A stretch of 64,000 nt of DNA from Phoronis australis (GCA_002633005.1 NMRA01000600.1:172695-236694); one strand, 5' to 3'. Positions 12,983 to 26,853 are shown, counted from the stretch's first letter. Made by a program: numbers and translations. The notes: generated by a model not told the origin, from the sequence alone.

Positions 12983-13252
12983 ATAATTTGTTGAATACAC
13001 GACACTTTTCATTGTTCACGGTCTTTATTCCGTTGCGTTCATACTTTCTGAACAAAACTCTACTCTCTACTGAACATAGATACAGTAACTGACCTAGCGA
13101 CATAATTAAAAGACACACGATATTTCGAAACATGTCGCTAGGTCAGTTACTGTATCTATGTTCAGTAGAGAGTAGAGTTTTGTTCAGAAAGTATGAACGC
13201 AACGGAATAAAGACCGTGAACAATGAAAAGTGTCGTGTATTCAACAAATTAT
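12983..13252. repeat. Perfect fold-back with 121-bp arms and a 28-bp spacer
   Basis: 12983-13103 is the reverse complement of 13132-13252; ends at the N at 13253. Confidence 0.9.
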
Positions 13253-15774
13253 NGTACGGAGATTGGAGACCGGGCCCTGGTCTCTGCTGGCTGATCATGG
13301 CCTTACACTTGTTCCGAACATACATGTAACCTTTTGCTTGCTGAAATCTTATAAAAAACTTCACAGTCATCAAGAATCTTCTGTCCAAAGGGTACAAGTA
13401 CTCCAGTGAAAGTTACATAACTTCATTAAGAAGTACTAAGCACTTTTACAGGCTGCATAAACATTCTTCACTTATTGTTGAGCTGTCAGCTGATTAGGCA
13501 TACGGTAGTAACATTACGCAGTCTACTTCATTGGGTTTGTCATTTCGCAAGACGAATACAAAGATACCAATGAGTGGTAGGACAGCATGCTTAATTATGG
13601 CTAAAACATTTAGTGGTGTCAGTTTTATTTGCAAATTCATTGGATTATTTTGTCAGTCGTTGATTCAGTTGTTTGGAACATGGATTGAAGACGGTGTTTC
13701 ACTTATTTACTCCTGTTTTTAACCAATCCACCGTGGCCTCTTGTTGTTAATTCTTTATATCTGCGTAGTTAAAAATTACCGTGAACCAAGACATTCATAT
13801 TATTTAACACCTGAAGCACAAGATGGCTCCTGTTTTATTCAATTTCTATCTCTTGCCTGATTACCCTGCAAACAGAATTGGATACGTTTGATAGTGATGT
13901 TGTTCCTGGCCCTGACCAAAGTTATTCTACTAGAAAACTAAGATAGCCAACAAGAGGTGTAGTCACTGCACATGAGCCAAATGTTCATTATATTATGCTG
14001 AAAAAAAAATTACATAGTAATATTACACTGGACATGTCTTATCATTTGTTGCAAAACCATACTTGGTATTATTCATTTCGAATAGGGCCTCTAAAGTTTG
14101 CTTAAAACAGGCAACTGTCCACAATTGATATAATGAGCCACTCATGTTCAGGGAAATTGAATTTTATTCGCAAGTGATTGTTCTTTATGTGCCTAATGAC
14201 TCTCCATATGTATTCTCAAACAGGCTATTTGTTTTGTTTTTCTTATTTCCTCTGAAATGGAGGAGTGTTCAGTTTGGAACCCTTTTCACTGAGTGTCTTA
14301 TTAATTAAAAATCTTTTATCAGCCATCATCAGTGTTTACATCAGGTGAAGTACTGTTTACGTCATTGCATGGCTGCTCGTTTTGCAGTGAACTTATTTAT
14401 TCATCATCTTGAGGGGGCATGTGTGTCACCCTAGTTTTCTGTTATGTAATCAAATCTTTACATCTGTCTCTAGTCCAGCCTGACACCTCAAGCAGTCTCT
14501 TCAGAAATTTGTAGATCATTCAAGGTTTGTCATTTTCTTTAAATTCCAGAAAATATTCATTTAAAATAAGGTTTTACTTTGGGGATGTCCAAAGTGCTAT
14601 TAGGAAATGATGTGCTTGAAAGTTACTAGCTATTCAAGCATCACGGCCACTGGTGATACACTGAAGTTGACTAGAGCTGATATGGAGATTAATTTACTTG
14701 AAAAGTCGGCCCTTTGTATCTGCGGATCTGCACTAGCCGCTCTTATTAATACTTAGTCAGTATGAAATTGATGAAATGACAATACTTTGCTTCTACTTTG
14801 GTTATTTGTGCAGCAAGAGACACAGCAGTGAGCGATGTTTTTTGGAGAAATTCACTGTAAACAGACACTTTGCTTTAGACTTAACAGACGCATGTTACCC
14901 TTTTGCCACTCGCAACATTATTTTAATTGCTGAGTGCAACAATATTTCCCCCTGGGCGACTATACGTGTTCAGGGAATACGCTGTAACGCCGAGTCGGCC
15001 ATCTGTTGCACGGCCCCTATATTCCCCCGTCCCTATGTCCCCAACCGGTGTTCCTCTGGCCCTGCCCTATACATTACCATGCCCCAATGTTGCCTCGGCC
15101 CAGTTATGTCATCCCACTGCAGCTTGGTTTACCGAACAGGTGCATAAGCCTAGGCATGTCAGCTGCGAACAATTTTCAGAGAAGAAACTTTATATATTGC
15201 AGATGTTGGTGCTTTCTCTCAGGTCTTAAGATTCACTTGATGTTTACGGAAATGGAAGTAAGAGAAAGTTAAAATTGTTAAGGGTTCATTGTCCACTTTA
15301 CGACAGCGATTTTTAAAACGAATTACGACCATGTTGAAAAGCACCCATGGGTCTGTAGGAACACGGGGACCATGGAGCATTAGCTGTGGAATATGGTGAC
15401 GGGAGGAAATTGTCACGGAGAACAGGTGTACGTACTTTTCACACCCAGGACACATTGTGGCCCCGTACTCAACTGGCCCATAATCGCATTTACTGGTTTA
15501 GTATTTAGCTGCACTGTTTTGTACTATTGCCCTTCTCTATTTGCGAAGACAGTTTGGTACTTTGAATAGGCCTGTATTGATTAAAAAGTCCTGACATAGT
15601 TTGACTTCTAAACACCTGTTAAATATTGACCATGGCTGTAAAACAACAAAATCAATAATTTTAGAGAATCCGTGTTTTCTGTATGTTAAGCCACGTAGCT
15701 AGTGCTTTTCTACTAAAAATCCATACGAACTCAATACATAGGAAATAATCTAACAACTGTGTTTCATTCTGCAG

Positions 15775-16579
15775 GTACCTTTTTAAAGCGAACACAACTG
15801 TGAACAAGGGAAGAAATCTCCTTTACGAATATTCGTCAACGCACTTTAACAAAACCGGGGCACTGTTTTTTATCTTCATCGACGAAGACGCCATCATTAA
15901 ACGCACCCGTGTAGATCTCTTGGATCCCAGAGCTCGACTTAAAGTAGACCAGAAACGATCAATCCTCAGGCAGTATGAAGACTTCCTCCTCCGAGTGAAG
16001 CCAGCTGTAAGTACAGCCCTATACTCAGGGTCACGTGACTCGAATACATTTAAAGAAGATTTTCTATCCACGTGCTGTGTATCGAAGAAAGGAAAGAGAA
16101 TTCTTTTTCCAGAATTTTTCCCAATGATCAGCTTTGATCTGTGTATGTTTGCAGTGCATGTGATTGCGGCTTCAAATCTCTTTCCCATACCACTCAAGTA
16201 CGAAACATTGTCTTGGTGGATGGGAGATATTATTATGCCATTCAGAGTTTACACTAAATACCGAGGTCAAGCGCTCGTTTATACACCGATGCAAATCTTG
16301 AATGGAGTGCACAGCCAGTATCCAAGAGTACACGGCGGTGTTGTTGGATATGACGTCGTCATGAATGAAGAACGAGATTTGGCGCCAAATCATCTTCGAC
16401 ATAATGCAATGTGGAAAGATCCGCTGTTTAGAGGAAGGCGCCAGCCGCCATTTTACTCTATATTGTCTCCGCAATTTCCCTATGTTCCCTACAGTAAAAA
16501 CCCTAACTTTATTCCGTTTTATGTTGAGAGAAAGAATTCGCCAGGTGAACGCTTCAGCTACATGACCAAACGACATTAA
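15775..16579 (+). CDS. Terminal coding exon (YLFKANTTVNKGRNLLY...FFIFIDED...); spliced CDS 1194 nt, 397 aa
   Basis: ctaac branch site and ttcattctgcag acceptor ending 15774; joins in frame to exon 2 (CG+G = Arg) and to ORF 15800-16579; GRN plus DxD motif as in GT2-like enzymes. Confidence 0.88.
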
Positions 16580-16942
16580 ATTGTTTCAAGTAATGAGACA
16601 ATTGCTCACGCATTAGAACGGGTCTTCAACGGCAAGAAATAATCGATTGCCACTCTTCCAGAAACGCCAGCACAGGAGTTCCATTAACACCAAAAGAGCT
16701 GAATGTCACCAGGAAAATGATTTGTTTTCAAACAAGAGAATGGCGTTGGAGATATTGTTTATCATGCATGTAGCAACGTGCAAAAGATCGTTCAACGCAT
16801 TGAAGATAGCTAAAAGTTAACTCTGGAAAACGATGAGACAAGGTCCTCTAGCAACCTTTTCCGTTCTGTGAGTTGAGAAAAATTTTACTCTACTTACTTT
16901 GAAGACATCAACGATAAATTCACCGACTAGGGAAAGGCTCGT

Positions 16943-16948
16943 AATAAA
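16943..16948 (+). promoter_or_regulatory. Candidate polyadenylation signal of the GT-like gene
   Basis: AATAAA about 360 nt after the stop; a second AATAAA lies near 17038. Confidence 0.4.
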
Positions 16949-18339
16949 AACATAACAAATACATCGGCTGCTCAGTAAACGTTTTTTCTAAAGTTAATAG
17001 TTGTGAATTTTGTTGAAGTCTCCACAGGTTTCAAAACAATAAAATATCTTCAAGAAAACAATGTTCACGTATAGATGAAGATATTATTCGAAACTTGTAT
17101 TTTCTACGGTGAAGACACTCTAGGGAGCCAAATAAAAGTCAAAATTAGGTGCTGTGGCGCTGATTTCTGTGTGAGGCCAAGCACTTATTGAACGGCCCTT
17201 GTACTGGGGATTGGGAGCAATACCTGAAGCTGTTCAAGCACCGTTTCAGTGAGAAATTTATTTTTTTGAGTTGAAATGGTCTGTGTCAATACTAGAGGTA
17301 GTACTGAAGCTTTTATTAAAGGAGAATGCCACCAAAAAACAACCTAATTTGTATCAATTTAGATCGAGTAATTCCAGTCGATAACAGCTAGTACAGCTCT
17401 TTTACGCGACACCTGAGGGCAGACGGAGGTGTTGAAATTAACCAGAGGTTCGAATGCAGTCTGTAAGCAGTTCACAACATGCTTGAATTTATTGTTTTAC
17501 ACCACTAAATCAGCAAAATTCGACATCAAACGCTTACAAATACACGGAGTTATTGAACAAACGTGTTATTTCAATACGCTGTTACGGATTTTTAGGCATC
17601 TGAACGTGCCGTAGCCTACAAAGTTTGTTAGGCCAATTTACCAAGTTCAGTAGCGGGAGTTTGAGGTCTGTTCGGTGATCAATTCAAATTATTCTTCTGT
17701 GAAATACTGACAGGAGAAAATAGCTGTGTATTGTAATTTTAGACGCGATTTTTTCAGTTCTAAACACACAAAACGTTTGCTATCCCGGCCAGTTGCTTGG
17801 AAACTGGTTAGGCCCATCGCTGCCGGACTGAAGACATCACAACATAAACCAGCCAAAGTTGGAAACTAAACTAGACTATACTAGTGAGCCAAAGAAAAAA
17901 TATGCATCGGATTATTTTGGTGAAATCGCCGCGAAGCTGAAAATCTACTCACTAGCTCGTCGGGGGCCGCGAAGTAAGGTTAGCCTTCCGCAGAACCGTC
18001 AGGGGAAAAGTTGTACAGTAAGAATGTTTCTAATAATGTATACGAATATCTGAATAAAGATTTCCCTAAAATCTCACCGTAGGATATATATGTATATTTT
18101 ACAACCGCTTTTTGTCAGCCAACCCTTAATCAGCATGCCCTCACACGTCCTCGGTGCCCAGTCAATTGGTTTATTGCACCGGTAACGCAGTGATTTATTC
18201 ATTGTTGGCTTCTCAAAATATTTGCACTCACGAACATTCCAAGGCATTAAAAATTATATCTAATGAGACAGACTTTGTTTCAGTTTTTATAAGCATTGGT
18301 TAGGGTGGGGAAATATTCATTTTGAACGCAAAATAATAA

Positions 18340-18480
18340 ATGTCAACTCGCAATCCCAACTTAGACGAGTGCTCATCCGACGAAGACTTCACAGGTTGAT
18401 TAATAGGTTTCACAGGCTATCGGTTCAAACAGGAATACACTGATCAAGAAATAATAGAGAGGTTCCAAAATACAACTTAA
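18340..18480 (+). pseudogene. KolX-like N-terminal remnant
   Basis: MSTRNPNLDECSSDEDFTG*LIGFTGYRFKQEYTDQEIIER parallels the acidic tract and GYMFEPEY of the KolX starting at 54944. Confidence 0.4.
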
Positions 18481-18798
18481 GAAAAATGTCCTTGTGTGTT
18501 AATTTGGACACTTTTTAATTAATGACCGCTTAACGATTTATTTAAACTTTTAAGTGCAACAAAAACTCTCTTCCATAAGATAGTTTAGCAAACTTGTACA
18601 CTATATCCACAACTTAAGACGCAATTTTCCAGGAGTTTATAGATGAGACAGGGATGTTTGGATCCCGAGGGACAATAAAACCCTGTTATAGCTTACAAAC
18701 TTGTTACAAAATGATCTGAAAAGAAAAGAGACTCGGTTCAAGAAACAACTCGAGTGGGAGTCGTTCACATGGAATTTATCGTTCTTTCTCGCTAAGGA

Positions 18799-19050
18799 TT
18801 GGTTGAGCAACTTCTACAGTCCCCTTCTAGATGGAAGGGAAGTGTATTAGGGAGTGAGGGGAGAGTGCCCTTGTACTTTGTTGAAGATGGAGAAGTATGC
18901 GCAGAATTAGTTCCATCTCTAAATTGTAATTACTCTGAAGCCGACATCAGAGTCACCCTTCATATTATTGAGGCGGACTAGCCCATACCTGGCGACATCG
19001 TCATAAGAGGTTCTGACACCAACCATCTAGTATTGTTCCTACACCATCGA
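18799..19050 (+). pseudogene. Academ-like transposase fragment (XPG/PIN-like motifs)
   Basis: LNCNYSEADIRVTLH...IVIRGSDTNHLVLFLHH matches the HEEADTR / S.DTDV motifs; internal stop. Confidence 0.55.
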
Positions 19051-21648
19051 TGTTGATGGCGTTGGTACAGAATACGGCCATCATCCCCATGTAAATGTAA
19101 TACAGGACACGTGACAAAAAGACGTCGAGGACTGAATAACGTATTTAATTCAGTTAGAAAAAAAATCTAACAGTTTATTGTTATGATACAGTACAAGCCA
19201 AAAGTATTCAGACAAAATGATCCCGAATTTCGCCAAAATGGCAAATAAGAGGAAATCGAATTAATGGTCCGAGTAGTCTTCCGTCATGGCCGAGAATTAT
19301 GGAAAATTGACAGGAAAGTTAATGATATCGCCAAGTCATTTTGCAATAGTTATTACCAGTTATTTAGATGTTAACAGAATTAGCCGTCACATCGGGAAAT
19401 AGTATTTTATTGGTTTGTCTTGTAGTCTATGATGTACTAGTCATTTTCCAATATAGCTGCAGCGAGAGAGTATTTGGTGGACAGCTCTCAGGGTTCTTGA
19501 ATGAGAATTTAAAGCAGTGAGATATTCCACCTTTTTATAATTTATTTGCGACTACCATGCCGCCAAATTATCAGTTGAGCGAAAAGATGTTCCAAGGATT
19601 CAAACAAACACGCCAATCGTTTTAAAAACATGATTGAAGTAAAAAAGTCACATACAGGGCTCTTAAGTGAGTTATTTGCAATGCAATTCTATTTATTCTT
19701 AGCTACTGTCAAGTTTTATTAGATTTTGACAATGTGAAGTACTCACAACTTCAGACATTTTTAGTCCAATTGACGAGAGTATACCTAAAGCAACAGAGAA
19801 TCAAATTATGCTGCGAAGCGGCTTTCACACAATGATCTCTGTGGAGTGATAGTTGATGAAATAAACCATAAGAACAGGTAAAGAGGCTATAGTGGACAGG
19901 ATTATTTTGTGGCGCCATCGTAGATTCAGGACGTCGTCCGCGAATCCCAGGAAGACCATACAGTATATGGAGAGAACCGCAGTTAAAACTCCACAAACTG
20001 AAGGAGAATAAGAAAAGATGTCCCAAAAACTATGTATACCAAAGCGCTTATAAATTTTAAACCTGGTTTTGATGTTATCTCGGTGTGAACAGTTTAAAAC
20101 CAGTTGTAGAATTTATAAAGCATGTCAGGGTGATTCATGAGGATGATTTAGCAAACATTTATTATAACCTGGTGTGAAAGGTGAGTGCAGTTGGCTGTGA
20201 CCGGGTGTGAAAGTAGAGCGCTGTTGGGAATAAACCTCGTGTGTACACTGTACATGTAAAGATTTACAATGGTACTAAACTCAAGCAACTAAAACTAAGA
20301 ACTTTGGAGTTTTGTACCCTGTAATTCTCGGTCCGAACAATGGGAATAAAATTTCGAAGTTATAACCGTGGAAAAGTTATGCATTACGAGTTGCCTAGTC
20401 ACAGTTGACATGAATAACAATTTTCTGCAGAGCGCCCTCTATTAATTTCAATAACCCTGGCTCCTGTTAGAAGCAAAGATTATACGTTTGTCTATCTGTG
20501 CAAGTTCAAATCCTCATCTTCGATCAGATGTCTGTCAAAAGCATTACGTTAAACAGCTGGGAACTTGGCTTCACCTGGGTCACATGTCAGCAACAGCAAA
20601 CAATACGCAGTTAATCTATGCAACTTGACATAGCCTACAGTCTTTTCTGCACTCATTTATTTCCTCGACACATGAAATACCACTGAAGTGAATTTAGCCA
20701 AATAATTTCTAACTGTTGGCAATTCAGAAGCAAATCTGTTCAATTGGTGTCATGTTTAAAGCAAACGTTTTGTATTATATAGCAAAATTATCATAAAACA
20801 TTGAGCGGGCACAGGAAGGTATTCCAAGTTTTTCAATAATCCACTATAAACGTCCGCTTACTTAGTCGGTGAAGCAAGGACGCAGATGTTGCGAATGCAG
20901 ACCACCTCAACACTATATTTTGAACATGAGGCATGATGTACATCTGGACATTAACATAGTAAATTAAATCGTAAACCATAGACAATAGATTTGCAACTCC
21001 ATTATTATGATTTCCAGAAGGGTCACTCTTTTCCAATGCTCCTCTCAGCTTCCTGCTATTGAGCAGACTAGATGGCATACTTGCCGTAAGTAAAACGTGC
21101 CATTACACCAGGCGCCTATAGTTAATAGGGCCATCAAGGCCAATAGCCTTAGTCACAGCTTGTTTGGAAGATGGCTGACAATGTGCGTTGAGCATAGACT
21201 AAACCAGAGAAGTCTGCCAGTATTGTAACAGTCACTTCATAATCACAATAACTTTGTATTGATATGAGCCATGTATCAGAGTTCAGATGCTCGGCCGCAC
21301 TCTCTCAATAAAATTACCTCATGATGTGGAAATTTGCCCACGCCATTCTCAGTGAAATGCCGGTAAAAAGGAACGGGAATAAATAGGAACATAACAATGG
21401 GATAGATGGCACCACATATCTCTCCTTGAGACTGCCGGCTGAAATATAAGACAGAACTAAATGTCAAAACAAGTTGTGTCAATTGACCTATCGCCAGGAT
21501 TATGACGGACGGCTTAATTGACCAATCAGAACAAAGCATTCTTGGCACACCTTCGTCTGCGTTTCCAAGCCGCCATTTTACCCGACAAACCACACGTAGT
21601 CGAGCAAAACTTACTTTAGTTTATAGCTCAAGAAATTGTCCGCTAAGA

Positions 21649-21800
21649 ATGGGGAAACGGTGCTGTAACACCGACAACTATTATGCTACTCCAGAATAAT
21701 ATCCCGTCATTTTTTGCCATGTCCTAAGCCGAAAAATGATGTTGAAAATTAAATCGTAAACTATGGATCAAACTGTACGGCCACACGAGCAGCTGATCTT
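21649..21800 (+). pseudogene. Frameshifted THAP-domain remnant
   Basis: MGKRCCNTD...CPKPKNDVE...KLWIKL..RPHEQL read across frameshifts. Confidence 0.55.
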
Positions 21801-22494
21801 AGCGATGTTGCTTGATAACTCGAAGGCTATAATAAACACAAATATATTAGTTCCAAGATACGCACTTTTCAGCTTGGTGGCTATGGTGAAGGGCTATCTC
21901 AGGCTCCCGAGTTTCCTACGTCTGGCCGCCTTTGTCTCGACACCTGCTGGATCTCAGCACTCAAGCAGTATAGTCCCCGGAAATTGTTGTTTTCAAGGAC
22001 ATTTTTATTTTATGTTTTTTATTTATTTCAACCTAACAGGGGTACATTTTTGTTATTTGTTAAACCCGTAGGCTGGCGTTCAACTGGACTTCTCTCCCGG
22101 TCAAAATTCAGAGATTCACTGGATTACTGCCGGTAACTCAAAGCCTTGGTCGAGCTGTTGTCACTAAAAATAAACTGTTGAATTACTTTTTGACGTGTAT
22201 ATCTAGTATACACTATGTCTGTAGAGTTAGACAGAGTTCATTTTGAAGTTGTACAAACATGATATTTAGATTTATGAAGCTTTAGAAAAGAATTTGAGTT
22301 ATTTTTGTAAATACCCTATTTTTGCAACTACCACACCAGACTTGTAATCTTTTGCAACCATACCACGACTTAGTGATCATGCTACCTTTAAAATTAAATG
22401 AAAGCTATTTTTATGGAATGAAACTACAAGAAATGCCAAGTACGTAAGAAGGTAAGCCTAATTTAAATGTCTTAATGGTGCAAACGGACAATTC

Positions 22495-22810
22495 CATAGG
22501 CGGATTTAGGGGGGGCAGGGGGCCCAGTCCCCCCACAAGCAAAATGAAACAGCAATAGCGTGAAGCATGAGGAAATATTGAGTTCAGTAACTAGGACCGG
22601 TAGCGGTAGAGTGGGGCTCAGACCCCAGATCGCGGCGGAATCGTGTTCCTGTTTTTTTAGTCCACCGATAGATTTTCTGAACAGAAGGTCCAAAGGTCTA
22701 CATCCCCGGCCCCTGCAAATTTCGGGCCGCCTGTGCACTACAATTGCACTTTGCCCAATTCCTCGAGGCAACATGTTGGACCCCCTTGTGGTATCCTAGA
22801 TCCGCCACTG
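22495..22810. mobile_element. GC-rich MITE (CATAGGCGGATTT...GATCCGCCACTG)
   Basis: Imperfect TIR; same termini at 32256-33216. Confidence 0.6.
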
Positions 22811-24254
22811 AGTTCCAGACATTAACTTGACTTAGACACAGCCTTAGACCTACCGGAGCTAACTGTTTGCCTAGGACGATATGAATGTGTACATGAGCTA
22901 TGAACCTGAATTTTTTGATCAAAATATTTCGTTACAAGATTAGAAAAGCGTAAACAGTGCTATCGAGTCGACCTAGTCAGAGGCTATAGTGCATGTGTTG
23001 TCTGTAATGTATGACCTACTTTACTCCTGGAGTCCCACCAGTTGTGACCTACTTTTTATTTGGCGAAATTTAGCAGACGACAGAATAAAAACATCGGTGA
23101 ATCTTCACTGATTGTATTCAACAGATCATGAAATCTATGGAATCGTACAGATAATTCGACTTTAAGGTACATAACCAGCTTTACATGAACATATCGTATC
23201 AGTGGCCTTGTCATTTGTCAGGTGAAGGTGGCCCCGAGGCAGAGGGGTTCTTCGGATTTTCGCTGGCTACTCGAGTCATTTTTTCATCGTCACCTTTACA
23301 AATTCCCATAATTATTATGAACGTACGATTCTCTGTTGAAAAGCATCCGCCTCTTGTCTCTGTCGAAGCGTTTTCAAATAGTACAAAAACACGCATCGAT
23401 TCCACCAGGAACGTCGTTTAGCGACAGTGTATTTGCCTCTGACATCTCGTTCGAATGTCGGGTATAACGTGACTTTTCGCATAGGGGCGGAGCTTGCGAT
23501 AGGTCAATTTACAAATGGGTCACCTGCTTAATGGCTTGAGCAATGTTAGTTGTTGGAACAAACAAATAAAAATGATACTGATGTGCCTTACGAATGAATG
23601 CCTTCAAGCTGTGAATGTATGCATGCTATTGTGTGTATGTCTGACATAACAATTAGACTTGAAAAGTGCACACGGATAAATCACAATCAAGGTGCATATT
23701 TGAGAGTTGTCAGTGTAATTGTAAAAAATAATTTTTTGGTCACTTACCATATGCGAAGAGTTTTTTAGTTGTGCAAACTAAAACAGAGTCATCAAAATCA
23801 GACAATGTTTGAGAAATTTATTCAGTCACGTTTTTGTCTATGAATTTCATGCATTTTTAGCGTTACGAATGGCCAATTTAAAAATTACACATTTCAATTG
23901 TCAGCATTTATGTAGAAAAGAAATTTATTTTATCAAGTAAGCGATTGCTTAGATATGACTGGGAATAACTTTAATCACTTTCACAATCACTTGCATAAAG
24001 TTGGGCTTAATTATTGAAAAATTGCAGGGTTCATCATAAAACAGGCACTCGTTACAAATTTTGTAAATTCTGTGTTTCTAACCCTCACCTACTGTAAATA
24101 AGATTAAAAACTAAAGTTTACACTCTGTAATAAAATGAACTGCAGAATATGTTACCTAGGCAACACAGCAAATTATTCAATATCTAAAAAAAACAGTTTG
24201 GATATTGACTGGGTTCTGCTATGTTGAAAATGGGCCAAAAAGGCTAACAAAATG

Positions 24255-24737
24255 TAGTTTACGTACCCCATGTGGAATTTAGTAACACAAATGGTCATTG
24301 AAAATGACATTACTGCTTTTTAAATAACAACATGGTTCTTTTTATCATCAAAGAAAAACGAATGGCCATACAACATTATGTTACCATGTGATGCAGAAAC
24401 AGTGATGTAGTATACGTACCCCATGTTTACAAATGCCATGAAATTAAAATATCACTTGGTAAGTCAGCAACACTGGTCATACACAGTTACCTTCCTTAAA
24501 AGTATTAGGCTAAAAGGGTGTTTATTGCAAATACATTTATTTTGAGTGAAATATTAGCATTTGTGTAGCGTACGTACCCCTATATTTCAATTTGTGCGTA
24601 TTTTCAAAGTATGGCAGATTTGCACATGAATGCTGTGCTTTTTATTTTTTCTCTTTGAATTGATTTAGTAAATAAACTTACTCTCAGAATCTTAAGTGGG
24701 CTGTGACCACAAGTTGTAGTGTACGTACAATGTACCC
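24255..24737 (+). repeat. Four spaced GTAGxxTACGTACCCC-like motifs, probably transposon subterminal repeats
   Basis: Copies near 24255, 24407, 24566 and 24716, about 150-160 bp apart. Confidence 0.5.
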
Positions 24738-26853
24738 TTTTATACAACTGTGATGTATTTGGCCATAAGATTTTATTTGGTGGTTCTTGTGCAAAAATAT
24801 TTTAGATAACAAACCTGGAAGGATTATACTTTAAATAACACAGCTTTTACAGTTTTATAACAACATTCGTTTTCACCAATAGTGGCCACCGAGTATGGCC
24901 CTTTATTGTGATTTGCCCGACTGAAGGTGCAATCATAGCCTCAGGCTGAATGCAAGCAAACTTGGGAAGTGTTGGTAGACCAAAGCTTGTCGCGAGAAAA
25001 GTGACATAATACAAACCCATGCTTGCGAGTGCGAGGCAACGAATTTGATGTCTGTTATTCAGTGGAGAGACCTGGTTCTCGAATTTTAGGACCCTGAAAG
25101 TGATCACGTCATTACAAGACGATATACTATGAATGGAACCTCCTCATAGGAAACGGGATATATAGACAGGCAGATCAGTATGAGCATTAATAACGGTTGA
25201 GCAGAATACATCTCAAGTGACTGGCTTTGAATTATCGGAGTTGACACTTAAAGACGCATTTTTTAAGAACACGATCCATCCATTAGTTTACATGGCAGAG
25301 GGCCGAAAGAGTGCTTCGAAAACATTCCATCCTCCTTGAATGTTGGCTGATATCAGATTTCTAGCAACATTATTGGCAAGTTAAGGCAGGCATTAACGCT
25401 GATTGGACTAAAAACAGCTTGACCAACGAAGTTTCAATTTGAGGTACACACTCACTTTTGCTTAAATATGTATCCTAAGGATTGTATTGGTCAGATTGGT
25501 ATTTTGTATGATTGTCATGTTTTTAAAAGATCATTGTGGTGTGTATAACCAATAGACCAGCAGTAAAACACAACTCAAGCAACAGTGACAGCATAAGTAG
25601 TGTACTGAGCCATGTGCAGAGGAGTGGGCTGAGGTGGCACTTGATATTTGGTCTCTTCACACGCAGGTATGCTTCGGATTCAAGGCAAGAAACGCTCTCG
25701 TTTCGTAACACAAAAGAACCGTTTTCTACATAAGTTTTGTGTTATCAAGTCCCTCTTGTTGTTTTCTTTCACCACTAATCATGCAAGTTTAATAGGTAAC
25801 GAAACTGAAAACCTGTAATAAAATACATTTGCTAAGTATTACTAAAAATATGCCACATGAAATGCTGAACATCATACTGACTTAAATCTCCATTAAAAAA
25901 TTACAACTGGATTTTTGAAGAATAACACCAGTTTGCAGATATGCCGATACCAACAAGAATGTTGTAAAAACAACACTCCCCTTCATGTTGAGGTCATGTT
26001 TGAATTGCAACTCAAAAATAATGTTGTTTGTTTTTTCCAGCCTCACCTAAGTAGATCTGAGAATGAAGGCTTTGTATTCAACTTGACGTGCCCATGATCA
26101 CTGGGAGGTGGTGGCTACCACCAGTTATGATTGTCACCAAAGTGTACCTGTGGCAGATGCTGAGAAGTGTCCGCCACAATGAAAGGATCTACATGTATAA
26201 GAAACAATCTGTCGTCTGTATTGTGCTCATGTCTGTGAGCAATTCATATAAAAACAGTTTTCGAAATCCAGTGCCCTCACTACGCGCACATGTGACTCTG
26301 TGAAAGAAAACACTACTGGCACGATGTATGGAACAACCTTATATCATTTTCCTTTCAAAGCTCTGGATCCCCCCTGCAACATCCTTGATCCACGTGTGTG
26401 CATTCTGTGTCAGAATGTTTTTGCACGTCATAATGGTGCTTAGTGTTGTCACTGCACCCTTCATAATGGTGCTTAGTAATGTCACTGCACCCTGGAATCT
26501 GTAACAGTTAGCAATAGGTATAACCGTCTAAAATTGAATTGTGACAAACCTACTTAATTTTGTTGCGTGTCAATCGAACTGCCAGGCTTTACAATTACAA
26601 TAAAGCAAATATGCATAGGGATAAGAGTGTGTTATTTGTTAATACCGAAATAGTTGTTGGTATATTGTCATATACTCATGTTTGGAACTGTATACAGTCC
26701 TTATTATTCATTTAGCTAAATAAGCTACTCCTTAGGGCGCTGCACGTGCTTCGCGTGGGTGATTCAACATTTGTTGCAACCGGGGAATCCACTGACCTAA
26801 ATAAAATAAGCTTAGAGCCTTGCATTTAACAGGGGCCCGTTTCATCGCTTTAA

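Larger units (their letters stand above)
11206..13276. mobile_element. PIF/Harbinger-like MITE split by the assembly (left arm 11206-11519, right tip 13254-13276)
   Basis: TIR GGCCCGRTCTCCAATCTCCGTAC; TSD CTG at 11203-11205 and 13277-13279; empty site at 12705-12707. Confidence 0.8.
21481..23509. mobile_element. Internally deleted ISL2EU-like element
   Basis: Perfect 14-bp IR AATTGACCTATCGC / GCGATAGGTCAATT; THAP remnant on + at 21649; convergent remnant on - near 23445 (MSEANTLSLNDVPG). Confidence 0.6.

Noticed and set aside
10021-13550. Biological tandem duplication in intron 2
   Set aside because: Copy boundaries coincide with single-N joins and the differences look allelic; uncollapsed haplotypes are more likely, though this is unproven without reads.
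24255-24737. CRISPR-like repeat-spacer array
   Set aside because: The repeats are short and degenerate, spacers are about 140 bp, the context is eukaryotic and there are no cas genes.
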